Below are positions 1 to 9,040 of a DNA stretch of 64,000 nt, one piece after another. The stretch is from positions 64,001 through 128,000 of IMG/VR virus record IMGVR_UViG_3300037400_005963. One strand, written 5' to 3'. This DNA is from a virus. Taxonomy: Duplodnaviria; Caudoviricetes. The position numbers and the translations under genes were made by a program. The notes beneath the pieces are model-generated. The model saw only the letters and a list, made by a program, of their open reading frames with translations, ran no database searches and was not told the DNA's origin. Numbering within the stretch: the first letter of the stretch is position 1; every line of letters begins with the position of its first letter.

Positions 1-597
1 ATTGTCCTCATCTTCTAGTTTTTCAATCTTAAGATCACCTACTTTTGCAGTTTCCTCTGATTCAATTACCTCAGAGAAAATTCTTTCGCAGAACTCCTGA
101 TCACTAAAGATCTTGCTAACTACAGCATTGTTTGTTATTACGCTAAACTCTCTCTCCTCATCCTGATGTTCTTCATCAGTTTCAACAATAGACTTCTCAT
201 GACCTGCTTCAGGATTGAGACCGCCGCATTCTAGATTAGGAGAAATAACGCAACCTTCTTTGAAATGGTCTTCTACATGTTCGTCAGGAGCACCAACCTG
301 ATTACCCTCATGAACTCCATCCTCTGACGGGTGAAGGAACTTTTCCAGTTGTTCATCCGGAACAGCGATCAAGTCATAGGTATCAGCTTCGTCAGTAGCC
401 TTCTGAGCAATAGTAACTTCACCATTTTCCTTGTCGGTAATAGCAACATCGCCATTGTCGTTAGCTCTTTCATATCTTACTTCTTCGGTATCAACTACGC
501 CATTTTTCTGTGCATTCTTGATATCGTTATCTACTTGATTAGCCAGTTCTTCGTCTTTATTCGAGAACATGACTTCCATAAATCTTGTTAAAGCCAT
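1..597 (-). CDS. Acidic prohead scaffold/core-like protein (runs off the window edge; absent from the ORF track)
   Basis: Open frame from ATG 597 to base 1 (MALTRFMEVMFSNKDEELANQ...), very D/E-rich, with REFS/KIFS/RIFS motifs; lies downstream of the protease in the head operon. Confidence 0.6.
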   Translation of the reverse strand, partial: MALTRFMEVMFSNKDEELANQVDNDIKNAQKNGVVDTEEVRYERANDNGDVAITDKENGEVTIAQKATDEADTYDLIAVPDEQLEKFLHPSEDGVHEGNQVGAPDEHVEDHFKEGCVISPNLECGGLNPEAGHEKSIVETDEEHQDEEREFSVITNNAVVSKIFSDQEFCERIFSEVIESEETAKVGDLKIEKLEDEDN

Positions 598-599
598 TA

Positions 600-1400
600 T
601 TATTTATTAATTATTATTTGATTACCATTTAAAATAATTACACCATTATCTACCAAGATATCTATAATATTCTCGGGAGCATCTGGGTAACGATTTCTTA
701 AGATATCCATGAATTGCTTAATTCCCATACTCTTATTTCCATATTCATAATGAAGATCAGAAATAATACTAGAATCTTCAACCCACGAAGTATCACAGAA
801 CTGACTCTCACGTGGAATAATACCATGAGCTTTCTTAATTAAAATAATGCCCTTTTCTGGTATATTTCCTCCTGCTTCAAGTCGTTCAATTATATCGGGT
901 TTTGGATAATTTCCTTCAACAATATCTTTGTCTAAGTCCATTATCTTAGTAACCTGAACTATTAATTTAGAAAAAGTTTTTTCCATAGCATATGCAGATC
1001 CAGAAATTTCTACTTTATCTCCCTGCATATTAGCAAAACCCTTTTCTAACATATATTCAGATTTATCACTGAATGTTTTTTCAAATTCAGCTTTTGTCAT
1101 TGATTTGCCTGAAAATTCCTTAAGACTTTTCTCATAAGGGCTAAGGAAAATGCTAAACTCTCTTTCCTCTGTTCTAACTGGTTCTGGTACCTGTGGCTCC
1201 GAGTAAGGAATAAACTTAATCCTCATCCTTGTTCCTCCACAGTTTGGGCAAATCATGTGAGAAGGGTGTTCTGCACTTTCAACCTGTGCGCCGCAGTCTT
1301 GACAAATTAAAGTTCTCAACTGCATTCCCTCTTCCCCATTTCTTTCCTCGGAGAATAATTTCTTTCGAGGAGTTGTACTAAATAATTTCAATCTTTTCAT
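600..1400 (-). CDS. Zn-ribbon head-associated protein with six [KR]xFS motifs
   Basis: CQDC...CPNC; KLFS x2, REFS, KEFS, KTFS x2; overlaps the protease stop. Confidence 0.55.
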   Translation of the reverse strand: MKRLKLFSTTPRKKLFSEERNGEEGMQLRTLICQDCGAQVESAEHPSHMICPNCGGTRMRIKFIPYSEPQVPEPVRTEEREFSIFLSPYEKSLKEFSGKSMTKAEFEKTFSDKSEYMLEKGFANMQGDKVEISGSAYAMEKTFSKLIVQVTKIMDLDKDIVEGNYPKPDIIERLEAGGNIPEKGIILIKKAHGIIPRESQFCDTSWVEDSSIISDLHYEYGNKSMGIKQFMDILRNRYPDAPENIIDILVDNGVIILNGNQIIINK

Positions 1401-2656
1401 TCCTTTCCTTCCTCCTCGTTTTCAATGTTTTCTTCTACATCCAAGTTTTCAGGCATGGGTGAAGATCCAAATACTTCATCCACCATTGATTGTGTAAATT
1501 CTGTATATGCCTCTTGAAGTTTCTTCATGCGCATAGGACTGAGATAACCTTTTTTATTTATCTCAATCATTGCCATCTTATAGGGAATCTGCAACTTCTG
1601 GGCTGCTACTCTCACCTGTTTTCCTAAAGAACTGCCACCAATTAAAACATTGATTTGCTTTCCATTAGTTACATCACTAGTAATCTGTTTAAAAATATCC
1701 AAACAGTCAGATGTAAACATGGATTTTAAAATCCTAAGTTCTTCTGGATCCATTCTCTCTTGACCACCTAATTGTTTAACTAATTGTTTGTAGTCTAAGA
1801 AAAGACGACGGAATCTCATTCTTGGTGAGAATTTAGCAAAACGAAGTCTTTCTCTAACTGTTGCAGCAGAGAAGGTCTTTTCTTCCTCCACCTTCTCATC
1901 CGATACTTCCCCAATGAATTCTGCGCTACTATTTGCACTAAATTCCTTTGCTTTAAGGATTGTATATTTTCCTTCTATCTTACTCGACTTAGCAATATCC
2001 TGTACACCGAACTGAGAGAGATCTGAGAAAGTTTTAACCTTCATTCCTTCATATTTAACATCTTCATTTCCCTCAGAAAAAGTCCTAACTCGGTCCTCTA
2101 CATCGGCGATCAAGTTACCTTCATCATCCTCAACAGAAACAACCTGAGCTTTCTTCCAAGAAGGATTAAGAGTTAAATCGAATCCCTTTAGGTTTACCAT
2201 TTTCTTAAGAATATCTCCATTTGTTGTACTATCCCAATATCCTAAGATAACAGCAGAACATCCAATTAAGCAACCACTTGAGAGAAGTCCCTTGAGACGC
2301 TTAATATTCTCTGCTGCTTGAGTATCAAAATTCTTTTCATCTAAAGTTTTAGCATAAGCGTACAACCAACCATCACTACCACATTCAAGACCAGTGACAT
2401 AGTGAGTTGGAGCAGCTTCGCCAACAATTATCATCAAATCATCCTTTCCGACCGTCTTCGATACTGCCGGATTAAGATTTTTCGTACCTGTTCCCACGTT
2501 TCTAGGATAATGACTCATAGTACCAAGCATAGAATGAGAAGCTATGGCATTTTTATAAGTCTCTGTTGCCATAAATTGCTCAACTATCTCTCGGCTTATC
2601 CTACTAGAATCACTTGCGGGTTCATTAAACGAAAGAAGTTTTACTTTAAATTGCAT
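1397..2656 (-). CDS. Prohead (capsid maturation) protease, T4 gp21-like, with C-terminal extension
   Basis: LGTMSHYP, THYVTGL, IGCSAV and FDLTLNPS match gp21-family motifs (LGELxHP, SH, GVSSR, DxVxxPS); position downstream of portal. Confidence 0.8.
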   Translation of the reverse strand: MQFKVKLLSFNEPASDSSRISREIVEQFMATETYKNAIASHSMLGTMSHYPRNVGTGTKNLNPAVSKTVGKDDLMIIVGEAAPTHYVTGLECGSDGWLYAYAKTLDEKNFDTQAAENIKRLKGLLSSGCLIGCSAVILGYWDSTTNGDILKKMVNLKGFDLTLNPSWKKAQVVSVEDDEGNLIADVEDRVRTFSEGNEDVKYEGMKVKTFSDLSQFGVQDIAKSSKIEGKYTILKAKEFSANSSAEFIGEVSDEKVEEEKTFSAATVRERLRFAKFSPRMRFRRLFLDYKQLVKQLGGQERMDPEELRILKSMFTSDCLDIFKQITSDVTNGKQINVLIGGSSLGKQVRVAAQKLQIPYKMAMIEINKKGYLSPMRMKKLQEAYTEFTQSMVDEVFGSSPMPENLDVEENIENEEEGKE

Positions 2657-2793
2657 ATCTTTGTATGAATTATATCATTAAACAACCTGACTGCTAAGTA
2701 CTATATTTAGTCTTAATCTCGCTAGCCAGTAAATCTTTTTTATTTTGGTTCTATATTCTCCAAAGTCAAGGGGAATATAGAAAACTTTTAATG

Positions 2794-3234
2794 CTAAACT
2801 CTTTTCAATAAGCCTTGTGCAAGTGTCGATAATTTCGACTTTTGAAATACGGGTGCATTCGCCCGGACTGCATCAAGCTTGTTTTTTGCTCTATTCTCTA
2901 GCTGTTTTCTAGTTAAACCTAGTTTTTTTAAATTCCTCTGCCTCAAATTTTGTATTTGATATCTAGATTTTCCAGCTCCAGCATTTTCCAAACCTCTTTG
3001 TGCAATCCACCTTGATTGTTGTATATCACCCTTAATTAAATTGTCATTACTACGAAGACCTCCTTTAGATATCGTTTTATAAAAATCATTAGTAGCTTTT
3101 TGCTCACCACTAGCTATTTCCCGTACAGTAAAACGCGTATCCGGACTTTGTGCTAATACCCCAAGGGTTTTCCCCGGTTTATTTCTCATACGAGTTGCAG
3201 CGTTGCTAAATTCCTTATTTCTTAATATTATCAT
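2794..3234 (-). CDS. Basic putative internal head protein (tag MIILRNKEFS)
   Basis: Shared N-terminal motif, K/R-rich, in head operon. Confidence 0.6.
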   Translation of the reverse strand: MIILRNKEFSNAATRMRNKPGKTLGVLAQSPDTRFTVREIASGEQKATNDFYKTISKGGLRSNDNLIKGDIQQSRWIAQRGLENAGAGKSRYQIQNLRQRNLKKLGLTRKQLENRAKNKLDAVRANAPVFQKSKLSTLAQGLLKRV

Positions 3235-3368
3235 ATTTTTAATACCCCTCCTCTAAAGGAAATATCGGGGTGTTTTTATTATTAAACGTTTTATTTCATT
3301 GGATATCTCCCTCTCATTAAAGAGAGAAACTTTAAATTATAGTTTCGGGAGATATATAAACAAGAATA

Positions 3369-3893
3369 TTATCTTGCTTGGTTATGTCTGTACCATTTCT
3401 TCTTGAACTCGTCCTTAGACATTTCACCATCAAGCATAGCGAGACGATCAGCCTTTCTTGCATAGTAATCGTCATAAGTACCGCCGCCACCAGACTTGCG
3501 AATCTTATTTCTAAGTGCTCTGGCACCACGATCACCAAAATAGCCAGCAGCTGTACCTGCAGCAGCACCGCCCATAGCACCAAGAGCTGCACCAGACTTG
3601 CCACCAAGCGCGTGACCAATGATACCGCCATGTACTGCACCAACAGCGCCAGTAATACCACCACGAATTTTTGATGATAATTTACCTTTGCCCTTTTCTT
3701 TTGAAAGATGCTCACGACGTGCTTTACGAAGTTTCTTAATAGTGAGTGGGTTCTTATCTTTTACGTTTGCAATAAGATCTGAATAGTTCAATCCCTCGTA
3801 GTTATCTACAGAGTCTTTCTTTGTGGTAGAAAATAATCTCTCCTCACCATTCTCATCAAGAGCAACACTAAAAACTTTTCTTCTAATATACAT
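3369..3893 (-). CDS. Basic glycine-zipper protein, putative internal head protein (tag MYIRRKVFS...RLFS)
   Basis: GxxxG run GGITGAVGAVHGGIIGHALGG...; first 23 aa nearly identical to 3918..4352. Confidence 0.65.
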   Translation of the reverse strand: MYIRRKVFSVALDENGEERLFSTTKKDSVDNYEGLNYSDLIANVKDKNPLTIKKLRKARREHLSKEKGKGKLSSKIRGGITGAVGAVHGGIIGHALGGKSGAALGAMGGAAAGTAAGYFGDRGARALRNKIRKSGGGGTYDDYYARKADRLAMLDGEMSKDEFKKKWYRHNQAR

Positions 3894-3917
3894 AATTGAT
3901 TTGTTTAGTGGTTTAAA

Positions 3918-4352
3918 TTATTTCTTAAAAACTTTTCTAACGCCCTTCATGATCTTATCGGCAGGCTTTTGGAGACTCTTACCTTGACGCAACATCTTAC
4001 CTGCATCCTTAGAAACATTTTTCATCTTACCAGCAACCTTCAATGCTTTTTCCGCTAATTTAGGGTTGGTCTGAATTTCCTCAAGACGTGCTAATTCTTT
4101 AGAGGTCATACCCTTGACATCACGGTTCAGTAAATTAATAGCCTCACCTAATTGTTGTTTCTTAGCACCGATTTTCTTAGCTCCAGCAATACCAGCTGCG
4201 CCTACACCTGCAAGAGCTCCGGTAGCGATAGCAGCTTTCTTTCCCTTAGGAAGATCCTTCTTCTCTTTAGTAACTACTTCATTTGTAGAAAATAATCTTT
4301 CTTCACCATTCTCGTCAAGAGCAATACTGAAAACTTTTCTTCTAATATACAT
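3918..4352 (-). CDS. Basic putative internal head protein with one Gly/Ala hydrophobic helix (tag MYIRRKVFS...RLFS)
   Basis: AAIATGALAGVGAAGIAGA; leader duplicated with 3369..3893. Confidence 0.65.
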   Translation of the reverse strand: MYIRRKVFSIALDENGEERLFSTNEVVTKEKKDLPKGKKAAIATGALAGVGAAGIAGAKKIGAKKQQLGEAINLLNRDVKGMTSKELARLEEIQTNPKLAEKALKVAGKMKNVSKDAGKMLRQGKSLQKPADKIMKGVRKVFKK

Positions 4353-4454
4353 ATTAAATACACTGTTTAGTTGGGATCTTTTTGTTATATAAATTAAATC
4401 ATTTAGACCCTTATCCCAACTAAATTAAATCTATAATAGAGCCTAAATGAAAAA

Positions 4455-4919
4455 TTATCTTAAATTACTATTTACATTACTTCTTGGCATTCCAACAGGT
4501 TGAATTGCTTTTGGACGAGTTTTATATAAAGAGGTATTTTTAACACCTGCCTCGTTATTATTTCTATTCTCTTCCTTTCTTGCTTGAATTCTTGCTCTAT
4601 TTTGAGCATCCTTCTCTTCCTGCTCCATCTTTTGCATCTGAACCATACTCCTTCGTCTAGATATTTCATCCTTAAGTAGAAGCTGAGACTTTTGATGCTG
4701 AATTTCAATCTGTTGTCGTCTGAGCCTAGCCTGCTCTAACTGAAGGTCTCTCATAGTTAGTTCACCATTGTTGGTATCCCCAACCATTTGCATTTGCTGA
4801 GGATTATTAACTTGAGTAAGAGATGGATTCTTCTGTTGAGCCTGAGCCATCATCGACTGTTCTTGAACAGTTCCTGGGAGAGTATTAACGGCAAATAATT
4901 TACTTCTCTTTATTAACAT
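4455..4919 (-). CDS. Q-rich coiled-coil protein (tag MLIKRSKLFA)
   Basis: ORF track; shared N-terminal motif. Confidence 0.6.
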   Translation of the reverse strand: MLIKRSKLFAVNTLPGTVQEQSMMAQAQQKNPSLTQVNNPQQMQMVGDTNNGELTMRDLQLEQARLRRQQIEIQHQKSQLLLKDEISRRRSMVQMQKMEQEEKDAQNRARIQARKEENRNNNEAGVKNTSLYKTRPKAIQPVGMPRSNVNSNLR

Positions 4920-5190
4920 CCTCTTTTTCCTCCTTTAATCTCTTTTTGAGTTTATGATGAGCATAAGAAGAGACACCTGCCACGCCTAAACCTGCTAGAG
5001 CTGCTGGACCGAGAACTTTATTATGGTGAAGAGTTTTTGTATTTCCCTTAGATTTTAAATACAAATTCATTAGATGCGCTCCACCTGCTATCCCTCCGGT
5101 TGCATACCCGGCAGTTTCAAGGTTTCTAGTTAAATCGAGAAGTTCTTCCCTTCTTTCCCTCTGTTTCTCTTTATCTCTCTTTGTTATCAT
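4900..5190 (-). CDS. Small basic protein with two Gly/Ala hydrophobic segments
   Basis: ORF overlapping the portal stop; degenerate MITKR tag. Confidence 0.55.
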   Translation of the reverse strand: MITKRDKEKQRERREELLDLTRNLETAGYATGGIAGGAHLMNLYLKSKGNTKTLHHNKVLGPAALAGLGVAGVSSYAHHKLKKRLKEEKEDVNKEK

Positions 5191-6875
5191 ATACGTTCTT
5201 CTTCATTTGGTGGAATTAACGTGCTAGGATCAATTCCCTGTTGTTCGCACATTGCACTAAATTTCGCCTGAGCAAAATTAGAGTACATTGTTATAGTTTC
5301 ATCGGTTATCATAGATTCCGTGTTTGGATCGATATCTTTTATTAATCCTTGAATATAACCTAAAAATGATTTTGGATCAATTAAAGGAGTAGCTGCCTCC
5401 ATAACTTGAAGTGCGTTAGTTAAGATACCAGAGATTCCATTAACAAGACCTGATATTGATTCGCTCTGATTGATTTGATTGTTATACTCAACACTAGTTT
5501 TCTCTGATATATGAAGCTGAACACGACCTGGATCTAAATCATCATTATAGAGAATTTTATAAAGATTAATCACCAAATCCTGAACCGACTCTTTTATACC
5601 TACCATAAAACCAGTCACCCTAGAATTAGCTCGTTCTGACTGTTGAAGAATTTGCCATTTCGAACCACTAGTAGAATCAAGTATAGTAGCAGGTATTCCT
5701 AAAGGACTAAGAACCGCAGCTCTACAATTATCAAGAGACTGCATTATATCTAAAAGCTTGTCCGATAATTTGTCTAAGGGAAGCATCGAATTCTTATTTC
5801 CCATAGTTGCATTATAGTCGGGTACAAACTTAGCGGATTGAGATAATGCATTCTCAATAAAAGAGATTGCATCAAACTGGCTTGTTAAGAAAGAGGCTAG
5901 TTCATTTGTATTATTTGCTAACTTAGTAGTTCGAGCACATAGTTCCTTTGCTGTTTCCAAGGGAACTGATTTATCGAACTGAAGTAGAAATAGTTGCGTT
6001 GAACTAAGATCACGAAGAGAAATAAGTGATACTAAGAGCTCTTTTATAATTAACTCTTTTACTTTTAATATTAATGAGTAAAATAAAGGTTCTCCAGCAC
6101 TATATGAATGCTGACTAAGTACTTTTTTTCTATTCGAATTATCTTCCTTCTTTCCAAAAGTCGGCTTTATCTTCTTATCTTGCTTGTTCTTTTCATCCAA
6201 ATCATTAATCAGACGAAGACTGTTTGATCCTAAATTGAAAGCTTCCTCTCTGGGGATTTCATAAATTTTTCCATCTTCTCCCCTGGCTAGGTAAGACTCC
6301 TCCATTTCACCATCTTTATTCCTAGTCTTCTTAGTGACAACAGAAACAGGATCATATAATTCTTCTAATCTAAACTTAAGATGCCCCAGTTCATCTCTCG
6401 ACTTCAAAAGCATCCCAGAGTATTGACCATAGAACACCATCTCTTTTACGTGATCTCTAATATAGGTCAATATATTTAGGTCTTTTATTAAGATCTCATT
6501 AATTCTTTCCGTCTTAGCTTCATCCTGATTGCCTTCCTCATCAACTATTGTAATTAACTGTTTTCCATTATCCTCTAAGAAATTAATTACATAATCAGTA
6601 AAGAAATTAGTGGCTAGCTTAACAACATCTAATAATTGATAACCCTTTAATTCATCAACTCTCTCATAATAGAGGGATAAGAGGTTCGAGGGAGAAGATG
6701 AACCTAATAGTGGACTTCTTCTGTTACCTTGTCCCCACTTTCCCGCTCCACCTGTAGAACCTATCTGAGAGTATCCACCAGATCCACGAAATATGTTAGA
6801 CCTAAGTGGGACTCTGGATGCCCCTACTGCGAAAGAGCCGAATATTTTTTGAAATATTCCTTCACTTTTCTTCAT
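5187..6875 (-). CDS. Portal protein
   Basis: 562 aa between terminase and protease; portal-like segments (KEMVFYG, LYDPVSV, AVLSPLGIPATIL); assigned mainly from size and synteny. Confidence 0.7.
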   Translation of the reverse strand: MKKSEGIFQKIFGSFAVGASRVPLRSNIFRGSGGYSQIGSTGGAGKWGQGNRRSPLLGSSSPSNLLSLYYERVDELKGYQLLDVVKLATNFFTDYVINFLEDNGKQLITIVDEEGNQDEAKTERINEILIKDLNILTYIRDHVKEMVFYGQYSGMLLKSRDELGHLKFRLEELYDPVSVVTKKTRNKDGEMEESYLARGEDGKIYEIPREEAFNLGSNSLRLINDLDEKNKQDKKIKPTFGKKEDNSNRKKVLSQHSYSAGEPLFYSLILKVKELIIKELLVSLISLRDLSSTQLFLLQFDKSVPLETAKELCARTTKLANNTNELASFLTSQFDAISFIENALSQSAKFVPDYNATMGNKNSMLPLDKLSDKLLDIMQSLDNCRAAVLSPLGIPATILDSTSGSKWQILQQSERANSRVTGFMVGIKESVQDLVINLYKILYNDDLDPGRVQLHISEKTSVEYNNQINQSESISGLVNGISGILTNALQVMEAATPLIDPKSFLGYIQGLIKDIDPNTESMITDETITMYSNFAQAKFSAMCEQQGIDPSTLIPPNEEERI

Positions 6876-6964
6876 AAATTTTCAGTATATATTTTACATT
6901 TAGATATCTCCCCCTCATTAAAGAAATAGTCTCTCAGGACAGGGAGAATATAGTTTATTTTTTG

Positions 6965-7075
6965 TTATTTTCCAAACTCACTGAGTCTCTTCTTAGCGTC
7001 TTCAGCAATTTTCTCTTTTGTCTTGAAATCCTCCACTTCTTCCGTGAAAGTTTTCTCTTTTAATTTTCCACACAT
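6965..7075 (-). CDS. 36-aa protein (MCGKLKEKTFTEEV...)
   Basis: Small ORF read by eye, A-rich start context, carries KTFT. Confidence 0.4.
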   Translation of the reverse strand: MCGKLKEKTFTEEVEDFKTKEKIAEDAKKRLSEFGK

Positions 7076-7154
7076 ATCTTTAAAACTTTATTTATTAGTT
7101 TCTGGATCCCCATTTAAGGGAGAACTCTAAGAGCTCGTCCAGAATTTTCTTTAA

Positions 7155-7412
7155 TTAGCCCTTTGCATATACAAAAGAAAGGATAATTAAAAGGCTAACT
7201 ACAATACCAACAGCTGAGTAAATTACACTACCCCAACTGAACTTAGCCTGTGGGTTTCTGGCATCTGCAATGATATCAGCAACTTCTGCTGAAATGCCAC
7301 TACCCAAAACAGCTACGATACCACCTGCAAGGCCGCCACCAGTATGAAAACCAATTACGCCCCAAAACAGGGTAAGTACGAAAAATACAAGTGCTCTTAA
7401 AATTCCGCTCAT
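7155..7412 (-). CDS. Small multi-pass membrane protein (holin-like topology)
   Basis: Two to three hydrophobic helices in 85 aa; function not established. Confidence 0.5.
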   Translation of the reverse strand: MSGILRALVFFVLTLFWGVIGFHTGGGLAGGIVAVLGSGISAEVADIIADARNPQAKFSWGSVIYSAVGIVVSLLIILSFVYAKG

Positions 7413-7421
7413 AACTTAAAA

Positions 7422-7628
7422 TTATTTATTATTATTAAATTTATTAGCATGATAAGCCGCCAAAGCTTTCTCTGCACTTTCCTTGCTAGAATACTTTGGT
7501 TGCCACCACAGCTTTCTATCTATTGCAATAATTCCCCAATTTCCATCGGGTCTTTTTTGAACTACCCCATCATTTTTTGCCTTTTCGAGATCCTCTTTGC
7601 TGACGGGAAGCCTTCTTTTTACTAACAT
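7422..7628 (-). CDS. Hypothetical protein
   Basis: ORF track; MLVKRR start resembles the shared tag. Confidence 0.5.
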   Translation of the reverse strand: MLVKRRLPVSKEDLEKAKNDGVVQKRPDGNWGIIAIDRKLWWQPKYSSKESAEKALAAYHANKFNNNK

Positions 7629-8088
7629 ATTTACTATTTAATAATCTGGCACCATCTATGTACCCTTTAACAACAGTTCTAAATCGATGGGTTGATTTTC
7701 TCAACACATCATCACTCTCAAGCTTATTATTAAGATCTTCAATAGGAGAAATTACTTTATCATCTACTACCTGAATACTTTTTACATATGTATTTCCTAA
7801 AACAGGCTGATATGAGAAAGTTTTAGACATTCTGCTCATCCTGTTAGCTGCCATGGTAGCAAGTCTATTCTCTTTTGTAAGATCACCCATAGGAATAGTG
7901 CTATTCAAATTGCCCGTGCTACTAGTAATATCTGGTGCAGGAGGAATTTTGGGACCTCCGCCAGAGGTAGTATTTATGGCGGCAGCATTAGAGGAATTTT
8001 CCTTTGGGGGAGTTGTTTTCATATTTCCCTTTTCAAAATCCGAAGCAGCCGTTGTAACAGTAAATATCTTTCTCCTTTTTATAATCAT
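7570..8088 (-). CDS. Putative internal head protein (tag MIIKRRKIFT, internal KTFS)
   Basis: Shared N-terminal motif. Confidence 0.55.
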   Translation of the reverse strand: MIIKRRKIFTVTTAASDFEKGNMKTTPPKENSSNAAAINTTSGGGPKIPPAPDITSSTGNLNSTIPMGDLTKENRLATMAANRMSRMSKTFSYQPVLGNTYVKSIQVVDDKVISPIEDLNNKLESDDVLRKSTHRFRTVVKGYIDGARLLNSKYVSKKKASRQQRGSRKGKK

Positions 8089-8663
8089 AGCTCTTTATCT
8101 CTATTCTTTTTATATTTTCGCGCAGCAAGAGTTAAACCAGTGCCGGCAGCAGCTATTGCTAAACCAGTCGGAGCTACTTTTTTCAATTTACTAGCTCTTC
8201 TACTTTCCAGAGTCTTAAAATTTTTCTTAAGATTATCTTCTAAGCCTTGAATATACCCAGCTCTTTGTCCATCTGCCTCAGCCTTCTTTTTTAAGAAGTC
8301 GTTGACTAATCTTCTCCTCTTAAAACCTTTAAAGATTCCTTTAGTATTCTGAAGACTTTCATTTAAATTATTACTTTCTTGAAGTATATTCTTGACGTAA
8401 TTATTTTCGTTTTTTCTTAGTGCATTTGTAGCTTCCTGAACTAGTTTGTTCTTCTTTCGCTGCATCCTTGAATTAACTAAGGCTGTCTTTCCAGTATAAT
8501 ATCCCCCAGCCGCTAAAGCTGTTGCACCAAGTCCAGCCGCAGTCATTTCATTAGTTCTTCTCTTTCTCTTCTTTTGCTCTTCGTAAGGAATATAAGACTT
8601 TCCTAACTCTGCGAGCTTAGTTTCGGAAGTATTAGAATAACTTTTTCGTCTTAACGTTATCAT
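8085..8663 (-). CDS. Basic protein with two Gly/Ala hydrophobic helices (tag MITLRRKSYS)
   Basis: Start moved to the Met giving the shared tag; AAGLGATALAAGG and GLAIAAAGTGL. Confidence 0.6.
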   Translation of the reverse strand: MITLRRKSYSNTSETKLAELGKSYIPYEEQKKRKRRTNEMTAAGLGATALAAGGYYTGKTALVNSRMQRKKNKLVQEATNALRKNENNYVKNILQESNNLNESLQNTKGIFKGFKRRRLVNDFLKKKAEADGQRAGYIQGLEDNLKKNFKTLESRRASKLKKVAPTGLAIAAAGTGLTLAARKYKKNRDKEL

Positions 8664-8723
8664 ATTTATCAATGTAAAGTTTAACGGCTATTTCACTTAC
8701 AATAAAGTAAGATGAAATAGAGA

Positions 8724-9029
8724 TTAATTTTTATTTTCTTTTTTCTTACTAATAAAGTGATTAGCAAGTGCGGCACCTGTACCTATTGCAGCAAGACCAA
8801 TACCTGCATTTCGACCAACCTTTATATTTCGTTTAAGGATCTCTGGACTAATCTTTCCAGCCTTTGCTAAATTCAGGGCAGTCTTCTTAGACGTGTGATA
8901 CATTGATAGTCCGCCTAATCCAGCAGCTCCTACGTAACCTGCAGTTTTGAGGTTTCTCTTTGTGTTTTGCGATAGTCCCTTTTTCTCTTCTTCTCCTAAT
9001 GCAAAACACTTATTTCTTAATACTATCAT
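8724..9029 (-). CDS. Basic protein with two Gly/Ala hydrophobic helices (tag MIVLRNKCFA)
   Basis: Shared N-terminal motif. Confidence 0.6.
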   Translation of the reverse strand: MIVLRNKCFALGEEEKKGLSQNTKRNLKTAGYVGAAGLGGLSMYHTSKKTALNLAKAGKISPEILKRNIKVGRNAGIGLAAIGTGAALANHFISKKKENKN

Positions 9030-9040
9030 TTCTTTTTATT

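Noticed and set aside
331-591. 86-aa plus-strand ORF
   Set aside because: Shadow of the minus-strand scaffold-like gene at 1-597
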